From contig CAVOGR010000002.1 in the NCBI GenBank assembly GCA_963695555.1, positions 128,001-192,000 of the forward strand: a stretch of 64,000 bases of DNA, in the 5' to 3' direction. Both the position numbers and the translations under genes were made by a program. Numbering within the stretch: the stretch's first letter is position 1; every line of letters begins with the position of its first letter. A model generated the notes under the pieces. The model worked only from the letters and a program-made list of their open reading frames with translations, did not search any database and had not been told where the DNA came from. The stretch comes from an uncultured Gemmatimonadales bacterium (lineage in GTDB: Bacteria > Gemmatimonadota > Gemmatimonadetes > Gemmatimonadales > GWC2-71-9). Positions 28,427 to 38,320 of the stretch are shown in pieces.

Positions 28427-30662
28427 AGCGCTCAGCGCGGTGCGGAGCCCACTTCAGACCGGCCTGCGTTGCCCCCCACCGGCATCCCCGGGATCGGTGG
28501 CCCGGGCTCTTGCGCAAAGCCTGGCACCGGGAGAGTCCGGCGAAACCCCTCCCGACTGGTTGCGCCCAGGGCAGTTGGCATCATTTCGACGCATCGCCTA
28601 CGCCGTCGACCGATATCATGGTGCCATTCTGGCCGATCCGGTGGGCACCGGCAAGACGTACATCGCACTCGCGGTTGCCCGGAATCGCTGCCGGGACGTC
28701 CCCACGGTGTGCATCGTCCCGCCAGCTTTGGCCGAGCAATGGGAGCGGGTGGCTCAGGCGCTCGATATGCCCGTCGTCGTCTGGTCCCACGCCAGAGTAA
28801 GTCGAGGCATACTCCCGCCGCCGAGCGGGCCACTCGTCCTCATTGACGAGAGCCATCACTTCCGGAATCGCGCCATCCGGAGGTACGAACACTTAGCTCC
28901 ATGGATCGCGGGTCGGCGGGCCATTCTCATTTCGGCGACTCCGGTCGTCAACAAGCTCACCGACCTGGCCAACCAACTTCGTCTCGTCGTTCGAGATACC
29001 GCCCTCATCGACCATGGTCTGCCATCCATTGCCCAGGCGCTTCGCTATGGGCATGCGCACCCAGCCCTGGTGCATCTCACCATCCGCGGCGATAACGGTC
29101 AGACTCTCCGCCCCTCTCGCCGTGACAAATCCGTACACACTTGCCGCGGCTCGAGCGAGCTCGAGCCGCTTCTCGCAGTAGTAGATGGCCTCAAGCACTC
29201 GACCAACCCTTCGATCCATGCCCTCATTCGATCGGTGTTCTGGCGAGCGGCCGCCTCGAGTCCGGCGGCGTTGTTAGGCTGCGCCAAACGCTATCAGCGG
29301 CTGTTGCACCACGCACGGGATGCTCGCGCAAGCGGCCGCGCGATGAGTCGATCTGCCCTCCACTGGTTCACTGCCGGAGCCGAAGACCAACTCGTCTTCT
29401 GGCCACTCATCACGGACGGGGAGTCGGCGACCGATCTGGATCTCACGGACTTGGTCAAGTTGGATACCCTGATCCCCGCTATACGGGCACAGGCCGAGGT
29501 CCCTGATGCCAAATGCCGGGCACTGCGAACAGTCCTGTCGGACAAACGACCCACGCTGGTGTTTGCGACGTCCGAAGATACGATCGCCTACCTCCGCAGA
29601 CAGCTCGCCATTTCCAACCTTGCGTGGTGCACCGGGAGATGTTCGGGTATCGGTTCCACACCGCTACCACGACACGCTGTGCTCGACTGGTTCCGTCCCG
29701 AACCGCGGCGACGGGCACTGCAGGTCCGACCGCCGTATGTCCTGCTCTCCACGGACGTCGCCGCGGAGGGGCTGGACCTGCAAGCCGCGGCACGAGTGGT
29801 ACACTACGACCTACCATGGACCGCCGTACGTCTGACGCAACGGGACGGGCGGGTTCTCCGCCTCGGCTCCAACCACGGACAAGTAGAAATCATTTCCTTC
29901 CCGCTGCCTAGCGTGCTAGACAGGCGGCTTCGGCAGCACCGCAGATTGGACGAGAAGCGCCGGTTGCCGGTCCGCCTTGGCTTGGCGGGACAACCGGTGG
30001 AGAGTTGGCGGTGGCGTGTGGAGCTGGCACAACTGCTGGGCCTTGGAGCGGCGACTGCCGGGTGCGCCCGAGTATCGTGTTCCCCGCGGGGTCTCTTAGC
30101 AGGCTTTTCGGTGTTTGGCCACCGGGTGGCCGACGACGAGGCATCCACCGACGAGGATGCCCGCGTTCGACTCCTGAGCACGGTTGTATGGATGGGGAAT
30201 AGGCAGCGCGTTACCTCCGATCCCATGGTCATAACGCGCAAACTTCTGTTGGCTGCGTCATGCAGCCGTCTCCCCGTATTTCCCTCGGAAATCCGCCGGG
30301 CGATGGGCGCGCTCGCTCCAGTCATTCAGCACCGGATGCGGAAATTGAGACGGGCACGATGGACCGGGCGGCGGTTTACCCATCACCAACAACGGGTTAT
30401 CCATCGCCTGCAGGCCTTGGCCGCGCGCGTTGCCCGTCAGCGAAACCCGGAACGACTCGGCGTCATCGAACACGCACTACAGTTCGTCCGGGGCGGGCAC
30501 ACCGCTGGAGAACAGATGCTAATGGAGACCCTGGCACGGCAGTCCGACGAGGCCTTAATGAGCAGCCTGGCCACGCTGCCCCGCGGCGATGCCGTGATCG
30601 GGGCCCTGGAGGCACGAGTCAACGGGCTCATCGTATTCGACGGCAATCGCGCCAAGGAGTGA
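28389..30662 (+). CDS. SNF2-like SF2 helicase (start may be GTG 28404)
   Basis: LADPVGTGKT, DESHHFRN, SATP, STDVAAEGLDLQ, YDLPW, QRDGRVLR. Confidence 0.88.
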   Translation: MVWSNVPPTIVAEALSAVRSPLQTGLRCPPPASPGSVARALAQSLAPGESGETPPDWLRPGQLASFRRIAYAVDRYHGAILADPVGTGKTYIALAVARNRCRDVPTVCIVPPALAEQWERVAQALDMPVVVWSHARVSRGILPPPSGPLVLIDESHHFRNRAIRRYEHLAPWIAGRRAILISATPVVNKLTDLANQLRLVVRDTALIDHGLPSIAQALRYGHAHPALVHLTIRGDNGQTLRPSRRDKSVHTCRGSSELEPLLAVVDGLKHSTNPSIHALIRSVFWRAAASSPAALLGCAKRYQRLLHHARDARASGRAMSRSALHWFTAGAEDQLVFWPLITDGESATDLDLTDLVKLDTLIPAIRAQAEVPDAKCRALRTVLSDKRPTLVFATSEDTIAYLRRQLAISNLAWCTGRCSGIGSTPLPRHAVLDWFRPEPRRRALQVRPPYVLLSTDVAAEGLDLQAAARVVHYDLPWTAVRLTQRDGRVLRLGSNHGQVEIISFPLPSVLDRRLRQHRRLDEKRRLPVRLGLAGQPVESWRWRVELAQLLGLGAATAGCARVSCSPRGLLAGFSVFGHRVADDEASTDEDARVRLLSTVVWMGNRQRVTSDPMVITRKLLLAASCSRLPVFPSEIRRAMGALAPVIQHRMRKLRRARWTGRRFTHHQQRVIHRLQALAARVARQRNPERLGVIEHALQFVRGGHTAGEQMLMETLARQSDEALMSSLATLPRGDAVIGALEARVNGLIVFDGNRAKE

Positions 30663-30692
30663 GATGAACTCGTTGGGCCGAGCCCCTACCGG

Positions 30693-31313
30693 TCAGACGT
30701 TCTTGACGGCCACGACCTGAACGACCGCGCTCAACCCGGTATGAGACCTCCCTTCCACTACGTCACGTTCGAGTTCCCGCGCATGGACGAATGTCAGTCC
30801 TTCCAGCTCGCGTTCCAACTCGGCGAGTGACATCATGAGGTCTGCAGTCGGCGGGCCGCCAGTGGAACGATGGAGTTGCGCGGGCGTGTACGCTTCCAAC
30901 ACGAAGACTCCGCCCGGCGTGAGGCCCTGCACGACATCGCTATGGACCCGTGCACGGAGCGCCCGCGGAAGATGGCAGAAGATCGAGATAATGCCGTTCC
31001 AGGCTTCGGGTTCGATCACATAGCCGCCGAGATCCGACACCACCGTGGTAATTCGAACTCCCCGCTCCGCGGCCAGCTTGCGAGCCTTGGCCAACCCGAC
31101 CCGCGAACCATCCACCCCAACGACATCGTGGCCCCGGGTGGCGAGGTACACAGCGTTTCGTCCTTCGCCCTCGCCGAGCGAGAGGATTCGCCCTTTGGGG
31201 AGTCGATCGGCCACGGAGACGAGAAAGGCATTGGGTGCGGTGCCGTACGCAGACCCGGGTTTGCCGTATCGCTCGTCCCACATCGCCTGATCGTACCGCG
31301 GCCGATCGACCAT
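30693..31313 (-). CDS. Class I SAM-dependent methyltransferase
   Basis: WDERY, LSLGEGEGRNAVYLA; TGATG overlap with the upstream dehydrogenase. Confidence 0.88.
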   Translation of the reverse strand: MVDRPRYDQAMWDERYGKPGSAYGTAPNAFLVSVADRLPKGRILSLGEGEGRNAVYLATRGHDVVGVDGSRVGLAKARKLAAERGVRITTVVSDLGGYVIEPEAWNGIISIFCHLPRALRARVHSDVVQGLTPGGVFVLEAYTPAQLHRSTGGPPTADLMMSLAELERELEGLTFVHARELERDVVEGRSHTGLSAVVQVVAVKNV

Positions 31314-32893
31314 CAGGTGCCGACCGTCCATGTTCCGTCGACCAGGCGAAGCAGTCCGCGTGTCGTATCATGCAATTCCACAGGCAGACGCTGCTCGGGA
31401 AAGTCCTGATAACACACGGGTCTGGTGAACCGGCGAATTGCCATTGTGCCGACCGAGGTGCTGCGGGGATCGGTCGTTGCAGGGTACGGACCGCCATGGA
31501 CCATGGCGTGGCACACCTCCACCCCGGTCGGGAAGCCACCGAACAGGACCCGTCCCGCCTTCTGCTCCAGCACCGGGAGCACCACGTCCAGGTCGGCGGC
31601 ATCGGCCGGTACGGCGTGAACCGTCGCCGTGAGCTGTCCGGGAAGATGTCGGGCGATGTCCAGAATTTCGGCAATAGTGTCGCAGCGCACGACCAGCGTG
31701 CTTGGTCCGAACACCTCGCCCTGGAGCGGCGGCTTCCGCAGGAACACAGCGCCGTCGGTAACCAGCAGCGCCGGCCGTGCGCCACAGGCAGCGCTGCCCG
31801 AACCTCCCTTCACCACCGTTTCGACGCCGTCGACAGCGGCGATCTCCGAGAGGCGCCGGTCGTAGCCCTGCCGAATGCCAGCATGGAGCATGGTTCCTTC
31901 GGCCACCTGCTCGAGTGCTCGGGCGAGGTCCCGAACGAACGCAGTCGCAGGCGCGCCCTTCGGAACGATCACCAGGCCGGGATTGGTACAGAATTGGCCC
32001 ACGCCGAGGGTCACCGATTGCACGAGGCCGGTTGCGATGTCGGCACCTGCCTCGGTGAGGGCGTGCCGGAACAGGAAGACCGGGTTGGTGCTGCCCATCT
32101 CGGCAAAGACCGGGATCGGAACGGGCCGGGCCGCCGCAATGTCAAACAACGCCCTGCCGCCTGCGAACGATCCGGTAAACCCAACCGCGCGGGCCTCGCC
32201 ATGCGCCACCAAGGCCTCGCCCACCCGGTTTGCCTTCCCGTGCAGCAACGAGAAGGTGCCTTCCGGAAGATTGGAGTCTCGCACTGCGTCCACCAGCGCT
32301 CCTGCAACCAGCTCGGACGTTCCGGGGTGGTTCGGGTGCGCCTTGACGACCACCGGGCACCCGGCGGCCAGCGCGGAGGCCGTATCACCGCCGGCCACCG
32401 AGAAGGCGAGTGGGAAATTGCTCGCGCCAAATACGACGACCGGCCCCACCGCGCGTTGCATGGAGCGGACGTCGGGCTTGGGAATCGGCGTCCGTTCCCG
32501 GGCCGCGTGATCGATCCGAAGGTCGAGGTAACTTCCTTCACGCACCAGCTCTGCGAACAGGCGGAGCTGGCCGCACGTCCTGCCCCGCTCACCCTCCAAT
32601 CGAGCGATCGGCAGCCCGGTTTCGGCGGCCGCTCGACTCAGCAACGTCTCACCCAGCGCTTCGATGGCCGCGGCCGCGCGGTCGAGCAGGTCGCCCCGCT
32701 GCACTCGCCCGGCACTCTCGAGACCGGGATGGGCCAGAGCCGCGAGGCGCATGGCGGCATCGACCTCCGACGGTGTGGCGTCACGAAATTCCGGCGCAAG
32801 CACCTCACCCGTGACCGGGTTCACCGCCGTGAACACCGGGCCGCCTTCCTGTGAGGTCGACATGCCGATGAGATGGCGTCCCGTCAATGTCAT
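31313..32893 (-). CDS. Alpha-ketoglutaric semialdehyde dehydrogenase (NADP+ ALDH)
   Basis: FGASNFPLAFS, GFTGS, AEMGSTNP, GQFCTNPG, HGGPYPAT; operon context. Confidence 0.88.
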   Translation of the reverse strand: MTLTGRHLIGMSTSQEGGPVFTAVNPVTGEVLAPEFRDATPSEVDAAMRLAALAHPGLESAGRVQRGDLLDRAAAAIEALGETLLSRAAAETGLPIARLEGERGRTCGQLRLFAELVREGSYLDLRIDHAARERTPIPKPDVRSMQRAVGPVVVFGASNFPLAFSVAGGDTASALAAGCPVVVKAHPNHPGTSELVAGALVDAVRDSNLPEGTFSLLHGKANRVGEALVAHGEARAVGFTGSFAGGRALFDIAAARPVPIPVFAEMGSTNPVFLFRHALTEAGADIATGLVQSVTLGVGQFCTNPGLVIVPKGAPATAFVRDLARALEQVAEGTMLHAGIRQGYDRRLSEIAAVDGVETVVKGGSGSAACGARPALLVTDGAVFLRKPPLQGEVFGPSTLVVRCDTIAEILDIARHLPGQLTATVHAVPADAADLDVVLPVLEQKAGRVLFGGFPTGVEVCHAMVHGGPYPATTDPRSTSVGTMAIRRFTRPVCYQDFPEQRLPVELHDTTRGLLRLVDGTWTVGT

Positions 32894-32913
32894 GTCTCGT
32901 TTTCTCCCGTGAA

Positions 32914-33804
32914 TCATTCCGGGCGGGTTTCGAGCGCCGCCCGGATCGTGGCCAAAGCCGCTTGTCGGGCCGCACCCGTAACGGGGCGCCTGGGAAGACG
33001 AACGCGCTCGCTCCCCATGCCGACCTCACTCTGCACCAGCTTGATTAATTGAACGAACTCGGGCACCGTATCCATTCGGAGCAGCGGCAGGAACCAGCGA
33101 TACAAGGCGAACGCCTGGTCGTGGTTGCCCTCTCGGGCTAACTGGAACAGCCGCATCGATTCCGCCGGGAGGGCATTCACCAACCCGGCAACCCAACCGC
33201 ATGCTCCCATGGCGATGCCTTCGACGATCACATCGTCGAGACCAACGGCAACGGTCAGGCGCTCCCCGGCCAGGGCTCGAATGGCGGTGATCCGTCGAAC
33301 GTCGCCACTGGATTCCTTCACCGCGATCAAGTTCCGGTGCCGACGGCTCAAGTCCATGATCTGCTCCGGGGTGACGTCGATCCCGTACGCGGTCGGATTG
33401 TTGTAGAGCATGCACGGCAGTTCGGTGGCGTCCAACAGAGCCTCGAAGTGCGGGCCGACCTCGTCCCACCCACCTTTGTGCACGTACGGCGGCAGGACCA
33501 TCAGGCCGCGGCATCCCGCTTCCTCGGCTTTTTGGCATAGCCAGACGGCCGCCTTCGTGCTGGTCGCCGCGATCCCGGGAGCGACGGGGATGTGTCCGTC
33601 CACCGCCGTGACGCACGTGTGCATGAGCGCAACCTTCTCCGCCGCATCCAGCGTCGCTCCCTCACCCAACGACCCACAAGGAACGACGGCCGTGGCACCA
33701 TGGTCAGCCAGCCACCGGACATGGCGTCGCACAAACGCGTGATCGATCGCGCCATCCTCGGTAAATGGCGTGGTGATGGCGGGCATCACTCCTTCCCAAT
33801 TCAT
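32914..33804 (-). CDS. DHDPS-family protein, probable pyrroline-4-hydroxy-2-carboxylate deaminase (LhpC-like)
   Basis: GVMPAITTPF, GSLGE, LYNNP, VKESSGD; operon context. Confidence 0.85.
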   Translation of the reverse strand: MNWEGVMPAITTPFTEDGAIDHAFVRRHVRWLADHGATAVVPCGSLGEGATLDAAEKVALMHTCVTAVDGHIPVAPGIAATSTKAAVWLCQKAEEAGCRGLMVLPPYVHKGGWDEVGPHFEALLDATELPCMLYNNPTAYGIDVTPEQIMDLSRRHRNLIAVKESSGDVRRITAIRALAGERLTVAVGLDDVIVEGIAMGACGWVAGLVNALPAESMRLFQLAREGNHDQAFALYRWFLPLLRMDTVPEFVQLIKLVQSEVGMGSERVRLPRRPVTGAARQAALATIRAALETRPE

Positions 33805-35087
33805 GACGCGGGCTCCTCCTGTCGATGCCGTACTGCACCCACTTCGGCCAGTACGTCCATGGTAACCGGAATGAGAGGCGGCCGCACTCGGCTCCGAGGC
33901 CACCCCTTGAGAAATTGGAGGGCCGCGCCACACACCCGTCCCTGACATGGCCCCATACCGGCGCGGGTCTGGAGCTTAGCATCCCGTTCGTCCTCGCGGG
34001 AGACGAGCGCGCTCCACGCGACGTCTTCGCAGCGGCAGACGATGGTGTCGGTCGTCGGCAGCGCGCGCAATTCGTCACGGAGAGCGAAGGTCCGTTCGAG
34101 CGCCGCCCCAAAGCGGCGTTCCCGATCGCGCCACCGACATGCGGTGCGTGCCAAGTCCTCGCGTCCGGCGGCCATGTGGCCGGCTACGACACCCTCGGCG
34201 CGTGCGCAATCGGCCCCCGCGATCCCCGTCGACTCGCCGGCGCACAGAACCCCCTCAATATTGGTCCGCTGGAACCCATCGACCCGTACTCGAGCATCCG
34301 CGAGGTCGCAGCCGAGGAGCGCGGCCAAGCCGGTAACCGGTGCGAAGCCGAAGGCACACGCGACGTAGTCGACCTCGAGAGCCACTTCGCGGCCGGCAAC
34401 CGACAGCACCAGGCGCTCGACTTGCTCCCGGCCTTCGGCACGAATGGGCCACGCATCGTAATAGCGGGGCACCCGGAAGAGGGAGCCCGAGAGGCGCGCG
34501 GCTTGAATCAGCTTCGCCGGATGGCGCCAGAGCCCGCGACCGAACCGCACGACATCATCCTTCGGCGCCTGCTCGAACACGCCGAGAACCTTGGCGCCGC
34601 GCCGCTCGAGCCAGGCCGCGACGGCAAGGAGCAGCGGTCCGCTGCCGGCGACGGCGATGCGCCGATTCGAGACATCCAGCCCGTTCTTCCCCAGCGCCTG
34701 CAGGCCGCCGACGCCGAAGACGCCCGGGAGAGTCCAGCCAGGAAATGGCAACTGGCGCTCCGTTGCGCCGAGGGCAAGGACGACACGCTTTGTCCGAAGG
34801 GCGAGCGGGCCATGATCGTTGACGGCAAACAGGGTCCGCCCTCCGGCTGCGTCGAACACCGTTGTGTCGGAGAGGAATCGAGCTCCGTGGCTCAGTGCCA
34901 GCGTGACCAACTCCCCGGCTTCGCTCCGCACGCCGAGATTACGTTCGGCACGCCAAATCTGGCCGCCGGGTCTCGGGTTCTCGTCGACGACGAGGACGTC
35001 CGCACCGTCGGCGGCGGCGGCGGCAGCTGCTGCCAGCCCGGCCGGTCCAGCCCCAATCACCAGCACCTCCGAGCCAATCTCATGCAT
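33801..35087 (-). CDS. FAD/NAD(P) oxidoreductase, probable D-hydroxyproline dehydrogenase alpha subunit
   Basis: GAGPAG, PFPGWTLPGV, CRCEDV, GMGPCQGRVC. Confidence 0.82.
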   Translation of the reverse strand: MHEIGSEVLVIGAGPAGLAAAAAAAADGADVLVVDENPRPGGQIWRAERNLGVRSEAGELVTLALSHGARFLSDTTVFDAAGGRTLFAVNDHGPLALRTKRVVLALGATERQLPFPGWTLPGVFGVGGLQALGKNGLDVSNRRIAVAGSGPLLLAVAAWLERRGAKVLGVFEQAPKDDVVRFGRGLWRHPAKLIQAARLSGSLFRVPRYYDAWPIRAEGREQVERLVLSVAGREVALEVDYVACAFGFAPVTGLAALLGCDLADARVRVDGFQRTNIEGVLCAGESTGIAGADCARAEGVVAGHMAAGREDLARTACRWRDRERRFGAALERTFALRDELRALPTTDTIVCRCEDVAWSALVSREDERDAKLQTRAGMGPCQGRVCGAALQFLKGWPRSRVRPPLIPVTMDVLAEVGAVRHRQEEPAS

Positions 35088-35331
35088 GTTCCGTCACCAC
35101 CTCCATCCCCTCGACGCAGGCGACCATGCATGACCGCGTATGCGGTGCGCCGTCGATCGTCACCCGGCATTCGAAGCAGGTCCCCATGCCGCACACCGGT
35201 CCGCGAGGCGCGCCGGTGACCGAGCGGCGCATGGCCAGCCGGCCAGCGTTACCCAGTGCGGCCGCGACACTGGTGCCGGCCGGCACGTCGATCGCGATGC
35301 CGTCGACGACGATGCGGACGGTGTCAGCCAC
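35080..35331 (-). CDS. 2Fe-2S protein, probable D-hydroxyproline dehydrogenase gamma subunit
   Basis: SVAAAL...RGPVCGMGTCFECRVTIDG...RSC. Confidence 0.85.
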   Translation of the reverse strand: MADTVRIVVDGIAIDVPAGTSVAAALGNAGRLAMRRSVTGAPRGPVCGMGTCFECRVTIDGAPHTRSCMVACVEGMEVVTEHA

Positions 35332-36460
35332 GAGCCCCTTCCGGGGCCAGCCGTTCGGGGAGAAAGGGCGCCGGGTCGATCGGCGATGCCATGCCAAGGA
35401 CGTGGTCGGCAATCAGCCGCCCGGTACCGAGCGATGTCGTGATGCCCACGCCTTCGTGTCCGGTTGCGATCAAGAGCCGCGGCCGGCCGGGAACCGGGCC
35501 GATCACGGGCAGATTGTGATCGGTTGACGGCCGGAAGCCTACCCACGTCCGGATTACCTGCAGGTCCACGATCCTCGGAAGAAAGACGCTCGCCCGGGCG
35601 ATCATCCGAGAGATGATGTCCATTTCCACCATCGGGTCTTCGTTGTCGATCTGGCGTGAGGATCCCACCAACACCTGGCCCGTCGCACGCGGTTGAACAT
35701 TGAACGCCACGGAGCTCCCAAGCGATCCGTGCGCGCTCTTCAGATAGCCCAGCTCGATGAGCTGGTGACGGAGAAAATCGGGAGCCCGCGACGTGATGGC
35801 GAGATGGCCCTTCTTGGGGCGCACCCGAAGGTGCGTGAGCGGAGGGTCGAGCAACCCTGGCGTGGCCAGACCGGCGGCGACGACCACGACTCCTGCTTCG
35901 AGGCGTGTTCCATCATCCGTCACCACGAAGCCATCGCCGACGGCTCGTGCGGACATGTGGTGCTCGATGACCGCGCCGTGCTCCCGCGCACGCGCGAGCA
36001 GGTGCGCCGTGGCAGCGGGCGGATACACCACGCTGTCATCCGGCAACCGGAGCCCACCCGCCAGATCTGCCCGGAGATGGGGTTCGGCATCATGGAGTTG
36101 CGCTGGATCGAGAATGTCGGCACGCATGTCGTGCTCGGTGAACCACGCAGCCTTTCGCCGAACAACGGCCATCTCATCATCATCGCTTGCAACCCAGATT
36201 GCTCCACACGGCAACCACTCAACCGCCGCGGGCCATTCACCGGAGCGCTCAGCCCACAAGTCTCGACTCAGCCTCGTCAGGGCCAACTGCGCGTCCGAAT
36301 CGTCGAGCACCAAGATGTGACCCATGCCCGCAGAGGTGGTGCCACCGCCTGGATACCCGCGCTCGAGGATCCGCACCCGGAGCCCCCCAGCCGCCAGCGC
36401 TTCCGCGCATGCCGCCCCGACGATGCCTGCCCCGACCACGATGGCGTCGACCACGTTCAT
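35324..36460 (-). CDS. DAO-family FAD oxidoreductase, probable D-hydroxyproline dehydrogenase beta subunit
   Basis: GAGIVG, TSAGMGH, WVGFRP, GHEGVGIT. Confidence 0.85.
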   Translation of the reverse strand: MNVVDAIVVGAGIVGAACAEALAAGGLRVRILERGYPGGGTTSAGMGHILVLDDSDAQLALTRLSRDLWAERSGEWPAAVEWLPCGAIWVASDDDEMAVVRRKAAWFTEHDMRADILDPAQLHDAEPHLRADLAGGLRLPDDSVVYPPAATAHLLARAREHGAVIEHHMSARAVGDGFVVTDDGTRLEAGVVVVAAGLATPGLLDPPLTHLRVRPKKGHLAITSRAPDFLRHQLIELGYLKSAHGSLGSSVAFNVQPRATGQVLVGSSRQIDNEDPMVEMDIISRMIARASVFLPRIVDLQVIRTWVGFRPSTDHNLPVIGPVPGRPRLLIATGHEGVGITTSLGTGRLIADHVLGMASPIDPAPFLPERLAPEGARG

Positions 36461-37395
36461 GCGCGAATTCCGTCGCGGAAGGGATCGTCAGCCTGGAATA
36501 GGAGCGTGCTCTCGGCCGTGATCCACGCCCGACCCGCGACGGTGGGGATGACACCGCGGGCCGTCCGCTCAATTGATCCCACAAAACAGGTTCCGAGAAT
36601 ACTCTCCTGGCGCCACAGCTCACCCTCGGCCAGGACTCCGTCCGCCGCCAGGCACGCCATCTTGGCACTGGTGCCGGTGCCGCATGGCGATCGATCGAAT
36701 GCCAGCCCGGGACAGAGGACGAAGTTCCGGCTGTCGGTATCGGCCCGCGTCGGAGGGCCAAGCAGCTCGATGTGATCGATCTCGCCGCCATCCGCGCCGG
36801 TGATGGCCCAACGGGCCAGTGAGCGGCGCACGTCGGACGCGCAGCGAGTCAGACGAGGGAGATCCGGTTGGGTCAGATCCTGGCCATGATCTTCCGTCAA
36901 GAAGAACCAGTTGCCGCCCCAGGCGATGTCGCCGCTCACCCGGCCGTGGGACTCCGTTTCCACGACGACGGCCTTCGCATGCCGGAACGACTCCACGTTC
37001 CGCACCGCGATGGAGCCATCGGCGCGAATCTCCGCCGCGACGTCGCCCACCGGGGTTTCGAGCAGGTGCGACCCACGACCGATGCGGCCCAGATGCCGGA
37101 GCGTTTCCACGACACCGATGGTGCCGTGCACGCACATCCCCAGGTAGCCGACGTTATTGAAGAAGATCACTTGTGCCGATGCGGCTTTCGATTTCGGCTC
37201 GAGCAAGATCGCGCCGACCACGGCGTCATAGCCACGCGGCTCAGTGATCACCGCGGAGCGCATCCGATCCGATCGGTCACGAAGGACTTGAAGCCGCTGT
37301 GCAGCGGAGCCGGGCCCAAGGTCGGGCGCGCCCTCGATGATCACGCGTGTGGGTTCACCTTCTGTGTGGGAATCGATGACCCGGACTTGTTGCAT
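36457..37395 (-). CDS. Proline racemase family, probable 4-hydroxyproline 2-epimerase
   Basis: DSHTEGEPTR, GMCVHG and DRSPCGTGT with both catalytic Cys; NFVLCPG. Confidence 0.9.
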   Translation of the reverse strand: MQQVRVIDSHTEGEPTRVIIEGAPDLGPGSAAQRLQVLRDRSDRMRSAVITEPRGYDAVVGAILLEPKSKAASAQVIFFNNVGYLGMCVHGTIGVVETLRHLGRIGRGSHLLETPVGDVAAEIRADGSIAVRNVESFRHAKAVVVETESHGRVSGDIAWGGNWFFLTEDHGQDLTQPDLPRLTRCASDVRRSLARWAITGADGGEIDHIELLGPPTRADTDSRNFVLCPGLAFDRSPCGTGTSAKMACLAADGVLAEGELWRQESILGTCFVGSIERTARGVIPTVAGRAWITAESTLLFQADDPFRDGIRA

Positions 37396-37406
37396 GGCAC
37401 TATCCC

Positions 37407-37973
37407 CTAAAAAGCTCGGCTCGAATCCGACAGGAGAAGGAACTCGCACGGTTCCGTTCCACCGTTCTCGTACTCGGTCGTGACCTGTGGACCGTAGGTG
37501 ACGCTGTCGCCCTTCGACAGCGAATGCCTTTCCTGGCCCAGTCGGAGTGTCAGCGTTCCTCGAATGACCGTGACGTGCTCGAGTATTCCCGGCCGGTTGG
37601 GAGCCATCTCACCGGCGCTCGCACCGACGGGGATGACATACCAGACTACTTCCAGCCCTCGCTTCAGGAGTTCGGTCGATAGGCCATGGCGATGGACGGA
37701 GGTTTCCGGATCGACGAGGGTGCGGCGCTCGGCGGCGCGCACGAGGGCAACCGGGGGGCGCGGCGAGTCATCCAGCAAGTCCGTGAGGGAGCACCGAAGC
37801 GCTAAGGCAATCTGATACGCGAGCCGGACGGTCGGGTTCTTCATCCCCCGCTCGACCTCGGACAGCATGGTCGTGCTGACCCCGCTCTGATCGGCGAGGG
37901 TCTCGAGCGTCATGCCGAGTGCAAGGCGGTGACGCCGAACGCTGGGGCCGAGATCGCCAGGGTGCGATGCCAT
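37407..37973 (-). CDS. XRE-family HTH + cupin transcriptional regulator
   Basis: TLETLADQSGVSTTMLSEVERGMKNPT; C-terminal cupin. Confidence 0.9.
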   Translation of the reverse strand: MASHPGDLGPSVRRHRLALGMTLETLADQSGVSTTMLSEVERGMKNPTVRLAYQIALALRCSLTDLLDDSPRPPVALVRAAERRTLVDPETSVHRHGLSTELLKRGLEVVWYVIPVGASAGEMAPNRPGILEHVTVIRGTLTLRLGQERHSLSKGDSVTYGPQVTTEYENGGTEPCEFLLLSDSSRAF

Positions 37974-38077
37974 GGCGAAATAAGTTACGCTATAGCGAAA
38001 TCACCCGCAACCCGCCTACTCTCTTAGGAGGTTGGCTGTTCCTTCAGGGTAGCGCCAGCGGGTGGAGGGCGCTTCGG

Positions 38078-38278
38078 TCAGTCGTGATGCTCGGCGGGTC
38101 GCAGGTGCTCGGCCCCAGGGAGCATGCCCACGAGACGAGCGGGGTCATGGATCAAAATCGGGAGGTGCTGCGGACAGATCCACAGCCGAGAACCCCGGTA
38201 CTCCAAAGGAATGAGCGGCGTCACCGTCGTGTCCTGTTGGCAGGCCAAGCAGATCTTCCCGGTCGAAGCGTCAGCCAT
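38078..38278 (-). CDS. Small putative metal-binding protein (CxxC...CxxH)
   Basis: GAGGA RBS; CLAC...CPQH. Confidence 0.6.
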   Translation of the reverse strand: MADASTGKICLACQQDTTVTPLIPLEYRGSRLWICPQHLPILIHDPARLVGMLPGAEHLRPAEHHD

Positions 38279-38320
38279 CGGAATCCTCGGGTGGTGGCGG
38301 GGCAGATGCCCGGGTACGGG

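Noticed and set aside
25370..30662. Complete BREX or DISARM system, or a mobile island
   Set aside because: No pglZ/brxC or drmABC-like genes and no integrase, tRNA or flanking repeats seen
33801..36460. Hydrogen cyanide synthase hcnABC
   Set aside because: Same protein families, but the flanking epimerase, deaminase and KGSA dehydrogenase point to D-hydroxyproline dehydrogenase
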